From positions 390,001-422,000 of the forward strand of contig NZ_AP013028.1 in assembly GCF_000829315.1 (NCBI RefSeq): a stretch of DNA of 32,000 nucleotides, written 5' to 3'. The notes below the pieces were generated by a model. The model made no database searches, was not told where the DNA came from, and was given only the letters and a program-made list of their open reading frames with translations. Position numbers and translations under genes: made by a program. Position 1 is the first letter of the stretch, and the number at the start of each line of letters is the position of its first letter. The DNA comes from Wolbachia endosymbiont of Cimex lectularius. Its GTDB lineage: Bacteria > Pseudomonadota > Alphaproteobacteria > Rickettsiales > Anaplasmataceae. Shown piece after piece: positions 27,672 through 32,000 of the stretch.

Positions 27672-27789
27672 TTAGACGTTTTACTTTCTCAAAATCACCA
27701 TTCTTAGCAGCATCAAGTAATTCAGTATTTAAATTGCTCATCCCACCTCCGTTGTAAAGTTGCATTATTATGGTAAAGTCATTAACAAT

Positions 27790-27938
27790 CTATGAGCTCT
27801 GATGTACAACTACAAAAATACAAGAAGTTCTCGCGACCTTCGGTTTCGGGCGCTGGAAATTGTATGGTCCCAGAGTGTTACGCGCTGGAATGACAACATT
27901 TGTTGTAAAAACAAATGTTCGTTCATAAATTGCAACTA
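27790..27938. repeat. WPE-like palindromic repeat region
   Basis: It contains the inverted TGTCATTCCAGCGCGTAAC motif (27873-27893) and the hairpin AACATTTGTT-N5-AACAAATGTT (27895-27919). Confidence 0.5.
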
Positions 27939-28415
27939 GCTATAAATATTTAAGAAATTTACTAAATGAGAAAAAAAGCAAAAGAAACCCCGGTCGGTGG
28001 CTAATTATTTATATGTACCTCAAATATCGGCGTTTTTATTCTCAGCGCTACGATTCAGCTACTTTTAAATGCAAGTAATCAAAACTGTAAACGTTAAGAA
28101 ATTTACTAAGCAGGAAAAAAAGACAAAAAAACTCTGAGGCAGCTAGTATTCAAATTCTCCCTTGTCTATTTGACGTTCTATACTGTCTTAAACGACTTAT
28201 AAGAGCGTTTGAGCTTGTATAGGTAAAAACCAGAAGTTTTAAAAAGACGTGAGGTGCACATAGTGCAAAAATTTAAACATGAGACGCCAAATACCCTAAG
28301 TTTTTTGTCATTAACCTGCACAGATTGCGAAGATAAATAAATAGCTTCAGCACTATGATAAAAGGAATGGCGAAGGTTGTCAAGTAGTTTTTTGTTTCTA
28401 TTGAATGACGGCTAG
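27939..28415 (-). repeat. ~470-bp non-coding repeat family, copy X3 (sense on - strand)
   Basis: It is near-identical to X2. Confidence 0.8.
28355..28383 (-). promoter_or_regulatory. sigma70-like promoter inside X3, TTGACA-17-TATCAT
   Basis: On the minus strand the -35 is at 28383-28378 and the -10 at 28360-28355. Confidence 0.5.
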
Positions 28416-28534
28416 GGATTGCTCTCGAATTACAATTTGTATAGCTGTATTGTCGTCACACCTAAGTTGCTTTAATAAATTTTGATTGAAAAATAGTTTC
28501 TCTATTATATAAATGCTACTTTAGAGTAATCAAA

Positions 28535-29056
28535 ATGGAAGACAATAAATATAGCTTAGGTTTAAGGATTATTCATTGGTTGATGGCTGTTTTTATTATT
28601 GGTATGCTCTGCTCTGGATTTTATATGAAAAGCTTGCCAGTTAGCAATGAAATTAAGTTCAGCATATACGCTATTCACAAGGCTTGCGGGGTCACTGTTT
28701 TTGGGTTGGTCGTAATACGCATACTTTTTCGCGCCTTTACTTACGTTCCGCCACTTCCAGCAAATTTTTCTCGGCTTATAATCAATGCGAGTAAAGCAGT
28801 ACGCTTTGGTTTATATTCTTTGATGATACTAATGCCATTATCTGGTTATGTCATGTCTTCTGCCTCTGGTAAAGGGATCAAGTATTTTTTTCATATTCCC
28901 TTGTTGATCAGTAAAAACAAAGAGCTAGCGAGTGCTGTAAATGGGCTACATTCAATACTTGCGTACTTTATAATATTCTTTATAGTCTTGCATATACTTG
29001 CTGCTTTAAAACACACATTGATAGATAAGCAAAACATTTTTAAACGCATTATATAG
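28535..29056 (+). CDS. cytochrome b561 family protein
   Basis: 173 aa with four hydrophobic helices. Conserved His positions (RIIHWLMA.., AIHKACG.., LHSILAYF.., LHILAALKH) are typical of CybB-type b561. Confidence 0.72.
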   Translation: MEDNKYSLGLRIIHWLMAVFIIGMLCSGFYMKSLPVSNEIKFSIYAIHKACGVTVFGLVVIRILFRAFTYVPPLPANFSRLIINASKAVRFGLYSLMILMPLSGYVMSSASGKGIKYFFHIPLLISKNKELASAVNGLHSILAYFIIFFIVLHILAALKHTLIDKQNIFKRII

Positions 29057-29061
29057 ATTAT

Positions 29062-30108
29062 ATGTTGAGCAATCTCTGGAAAAAAGGAACGGATTTTCTT
29101 GGTAGTGAGTTTGCAATAATGGGTGGTGCTATGAGCTGGGTCTCAGAAAGAAGCTTGGTTTCAGCAATCTCAAACGCTGGTGGTTTTGGCGTAATTGCAT
29201 GTTGTGCCATGTCTCCAGACTTACTGAAAAAAGAAATCACAGATACACAGAAACTGACTAGTAAGCCATTTGGCGTCAATCTAATCACTATGCACCCAAA
29301 CTTGAGTGAGTTGATAGATGTATGTATTGAAGCAAAAGTAAGCCACATAGTTCTTGCCGGTGGGTTACCGACAAAACCTAGTATAGAAAAAATCAAGAAT
29401 GTGGGCACTAAAGTTATGTGTTTTGCACCATCATTAAGCCTTGCGAAAAGGTTAGTGAAAATAGGGGTGGATGCCTTAATAATAGAAGGAATGGAAGCAG
29501 GTGGGCATGTAGGTCCAGTTAGCACTTCTGTTCTCGCGCAAGAGATATTGCCTTACTTTAAAAATGAGCAAACACCAGTGTTTGTTGCAGGTGGAATAGG
29601 AAGGGGCGAAATGATAGTGAATTACCTAGAAATGGGAGCAAGTGGTTGTCAAATAGGTACATTATTTGTCTGCACAAACGAGTCGATTGCCCACAAAAAT
29701 TTTAAGGAGGTATTTATTAAATCAGCCGCGCGTAACGCGGTTTCTTCTGTACAAATAAGTTCTGATTTTCCTGTAATTCCAGTAAGAGCCATAGCTAACA
29801 AAGCGAGCGATGACTTTGTGAAGCACCAAAGAGAAGTTATTGATAAGTACCAAAAAGGACAGATTTCAAAAGAAGATGGGCAACTTGAAATAGAAAAATT
29901 CTGGGCTGGAGCTCTAAGAAGAGCAGTGATTGAAGGAGATATTGAAACGGGATCTTTAATGGCAGGCCAAAGCGTTGGCATGGTTGATAAGGAAAAGCCC
30001 GTAAAAGAAGTGATAGATATGTTAATTCAACAGGCAAACAATTATATCGAAAACAAATCTGTAGAAGTGGAAAACTCAATCATTAGCAAAGCAAATATCA
30101 ACCAATAA
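29062..30108 (+). CDS. nitronate monooxygenase / FabK-like NAD(P)H-dependent flavin oxidoreductase
   Basis: 348 aa. IMGGAMSWVS, SNAGGFGVIA and EGMEAGGHVG are typical of the NPD/NMO (FabK) TIM-barrel family. Confidence 0.78.
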   Translation: MLSNLWKKGTDFLGSEFAIMGGAMSWVSERSLVSAISNAGGFGVIACCAMSPDLLKKEITDTQKLTSKPFGVNLITMHPNLSELIDVCIEAKVSHIVLAGGLPTKPSIEKIKNVGTKVMCFAPSLSLAKRLVKIGVDALIIEGMEAGGHVGPVSTSVLAQEILPYFKNEQTPVFVAGGIGRGEMIVNYLEMGASGCQIGTLFVCTNESIAHKNFKEVFIKSAARNAVSSVQISSDFPVIPVRAIANKASDDFVKHQREVIDKYQKGQISKEDGQLEIEKFWAGALRRAVIEGDIETGSLMAGQSVGMVDKEKPVKEVIDMLIQQANNYIENKSVEVENSIISKANINQ

Positions 30109-30212
30109 GCAAATCGCCGTAATCGTCCATAATAGGGCATAATCGCCCAGTTTTAATGTAAAATTAACACTGATGAGGTATCTATACATTTTGTTATGTA
30201 TGGAGGAATGCT

Positions 30213-31412
30213 ATGCCTGCTTTACTTGGTAAAAAAAATGTTTTACCCGCTAAAATACAAGAGCTTATTCAATCTTTGAATAATAAAGAAGATTGTGATC
30301 TGTGCGGAGCTATATACAACAAGGCAACGAGAAAAAATCATAAAGGTAAAACTCTCACAAAGTACAGAGAGTTATTCGAGCAAGGGACTAGTCCTGAGGT
30401 GTTAACTAAATTAGAAAAATCGCTGAGAGAACAAATTGAATTAGAAGAATCACCAGAAGAAAAAAAGGAACATCAAAGACATTACAAGTATTATATCAAA
30501 ACCTTTCTTCCACCATTGCTACAAGAAATAACACAATCAAAAGAATTAGAACCAGAAAAAATAGAGCAAGTATTAAGAATAACTTCAGGCATTGTTAAGC
30601 AGAGTAGCGAAGAAGAATGCAGGAGCCTCCTTTTAGAGTTGCAAAAAGAAATAATAAAGTCAAAAAGGTCGACAACGTCAAAAGAGCTAATGGCAAAAAA
30701 AACGGAAATAGAAGCAACAGTTATGAGACTAATAGCTTCAGATGCTATTAGCAAGATCGTTGGTGAAAATCATCCTAATAACATTATTCAAAATCAAGGC
30801 CCTGAAAATTTAGAAATAAATGATGAAGAAGAGTTAGAGAAACCTATAGAAACTCTTGAGCTCAGTGGTGATCCAGGTAGTAGAGCAAGTTCACCCGTAC
30901 CGAGTGAGAAAAGCCCACCATCACCAGTAAGTAGGAGTGTAAGCCCAACATTAAACCATGCTAAAAAAGACGCTGGTCCACAAAAAAAAGAAACTAAGCA
31001 ACCAAAGCAGCCTGCAAAAGAAGAGCCAAAGAAGCAAGAAAATAAAATTTCAGGTGACCAAGCAGATCCAATCAGTAATGGTAATCCACAAAAAGAGGAT
31101 GAGAATCAAATGCAACCACCAAAGCAGAATCCAGAAGAAAAGCCAAAGAAGCAAGAAAATGAAAACTCAGAGCCTACAAAGCAACCCAATAACAGAAATT
31201 TTCGCATTGCACTTGCAACAGGTTGCGCTCTCTCTGCAATAGGATGTCTTATTGCCGGAGTGGTGACTTTGGGGATGGTAGGGGCAGGATTGTTGGTTAT
31301 GTCTGTAGTGCTTGCTATAGCAGCAGCAGTCACACGGTATTTAACCCCTCCTTCAAGTGAATTAACATCCACCAATTTGAGTCCTCTTATTGATGATGGT
31401 AAACAGCGGTAA
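30213..31412 (+). CDS. hypothetical protein, low-complexity, with a C-terminal bilobed hydrophobic hairpin
   Basis: 399 aa with a GGAGGA RBS. The N-terminal half is helical and charged. An S/P-rich stretch (SRASSPVPSEKSPPSPVSRSVSPT) is followed by the repeated E(E/K)PKKQEN motif and then about 50 hydrophobic residues (FRIALATGCALSAIGCLIAGVVTLGMVGAGLLVMSVVLAIAAAV). Confidence 0.65.
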   Translation: MPALLGKKNVLPAKIQELIQSLNNKEDCDLCGAIYNKATRKNHKGKTLTKYRELFEQGTSPEVLTKLEKSLREQIELEESPEEKKEHQRHYKYYIKTFLPPLLQEITQSKELEPEKIEQVLRITSGIVKQSSEEECRSLLLELQKEIIKSKRSTTSKELMAKKTEIEATVMRLIASDAISKIVGENHPNNIIQNQGPENLEINDEEELEKPIETLELSGDPGSRASSPVPSEKSPPSPVSRSVSPTLNHAKKDAGPQKKETKQPKQPAKEEPKKQENKISGDQADPISNGNPQKEDENQMQPPKQNPEEKPKKQENENSEPTKQPNNRNFRIALATGCALSAIGCLIAGVVTLGMVGAGLLVMSVVLAIAAAVTRYLTPPSSELTSTNLSPLIDDGKQR

Positions 31413-31513
31413 AAATTAAATATATGTTACTCGTAGTGAACAAACAAATTCAGTTCTTGCCTGTTGATGTGAAAGTTGTTATAATCAGGTGGTGTTTAAA
31501 AGGTATTTAGTTG

Positions 31514-31876
31514 ATGCGCATTCAATTGAATAGAGTTTTAGTTTTTATAGCCCTATTAAGCTTCATTTTTACATCATACTCAGGCGAGGCGATTCCAGTG
31601 GATAATGAACTAAAGGATATACAAGAAACGGTAAAAAATTTTATTTCTTCATTTTCAGTTAAGGATACCTTAGAAAATATGAGTCCTTCGACAATCATAG
31701 GATTATGTATAGCTGCAGTGATACTTGCAATATTGTTTAGGGGCCTGATCTTTTTCATGATAATGTTTGGTGTACTGGTCATGATGTTTGGTAGCACGGA
31801 AAGGGCAACTGACTACTTGAAAGAGAAGTTTAGTTTTGTAAAAGTAAAACCTGACAACGAAAAAGATAAAAATTAA
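31514..31876 (+). CDS. hypothetical small membrane protein with a signal-peptide-like N-terminus
   Basis: MRIQLNRVLVFIALLSFIFTSYSGEA is followed by a long hydrophobic segment, IIGLCIAAVILAILFRGLIFFMIMFGVLVMMFG. Confidence 0.5.
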   Translation: MRIQLNRVLVFIALLSFIFTSYSGEAIPVDNELKDIQETVKNFISSFSVKDTLENMSPSTIIGLCIAAVILAILFRGLIFFMIMFGVLVMMFGSTERATDYLKEKFSFVKVKPDNEKDKN

Positions 31877-32000
31877 GTATCACTGCCTTTATTGAACGCA
31901 CATGATGTTGTATGCAGCCAAAAATACCAGCAATTAACACTAAGCTTGAAAAAAAGAATAATCTAGCATTATTAGAAAGCATTGATTTAGACTTTATCCC

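Larger units (their letters stand above)
26705..27741 (-). pseudogene. small ORF with ankyrin-cap-like N-terminus, split by IS5 copy D
   Basis: GGAGGTGGG-ATG at 27741, then MSNLNTELLDAAKNGDFEKVKR up to the IS. The frame stays open across the junction to a TAA at 26705-26707. The downstream part is not ankyrin-like, so this is probably a remnant. Confidence 0.3.

Noticed and set aside
26739-27740. Alternative + strand small ORF (MAEAKGNPIVTLKAQAEKFDFSKL...) that is also split by IS5 copy D and also stays open across the junction.
   Set aside because: It has a weaker RBS and no recognisable motif. It cannot be distinguished from chance in AT-rich DNA. I kept the minus-strand ankyrin-like reading as the low-confidence call instead.
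5779-28415. Whether the many identical repeats could be a CRISPR array or tandem satellite.
   Set aside because: The repeat units are 470-1380 bp, irregularly spaced, in both orientations, and encode transposases or promoters. There are no short, regularly spaced direct repeats with unique spacers anywhere in the window.
31877-32000. Possible 3' end of a minus-strand gene entering from the right edge. The frame is open from 32000 and includes a hydrophobic stretch LFFFSSLVLIAGIFG.
   Set aside because: Only about 40 codons are visible, no motif is present, and the open frame would run into the 31514-31876 gene. This is too little evidence to call.

Overview
This AT-rich window looks like a Wolbachia-type (Anaplasmataceae) endosymbiont chromosome; that is my recollection of the gene and IS content, not a search result. 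Ordinary housekeeping blocks are pepP, fabH-plsX-rpmF, pheT, gap, tatC, dcd, yihY, an SDR, lepA, malonyl-CoA decarboxylase, cytochrome b561 and an NMO/FabK-like gene. They are broken up by a heavy load of mobile and repeat DNA. There are four copies of one 860-bp IS5-family element, one of them nested inside another at its recoding site. There are two identical, inverted 1.38-kb IS110-family elements and one decayed IS4-family element. There are three paralogous relBE-type toxin-antitoxin cassettes, three copies of a ~470-bp non-coding repeat carrying a near-consensus sigma70 promoter, and several WPE-like palindromic repeats. The most interesting signals are as follows. (1) Both IS110 copies sit inside relE paralogues next to the same ATATCAA-YT motif. 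One relE reconstructs exactly in frame if a CT core is assumed. The IS 5' non-coding region folds on paper into two stem-enclosed loops, one containing AGATATCAA, which fits a bridge-RNA-guided insertion. (2) The promoter-bearing repeat family lies upstream of a gene, in the sense orientation, in all three copies. (3) Two hypothetical proteins have bilobed hydrophobic hairpins (Inc-like, candidate secreted or vacuole-membrane proteins), and one of them is fragmented. No rRNA, tRNA or CRISPR was seen. All homology statements rest on motif recognition by eye; no database was searched.
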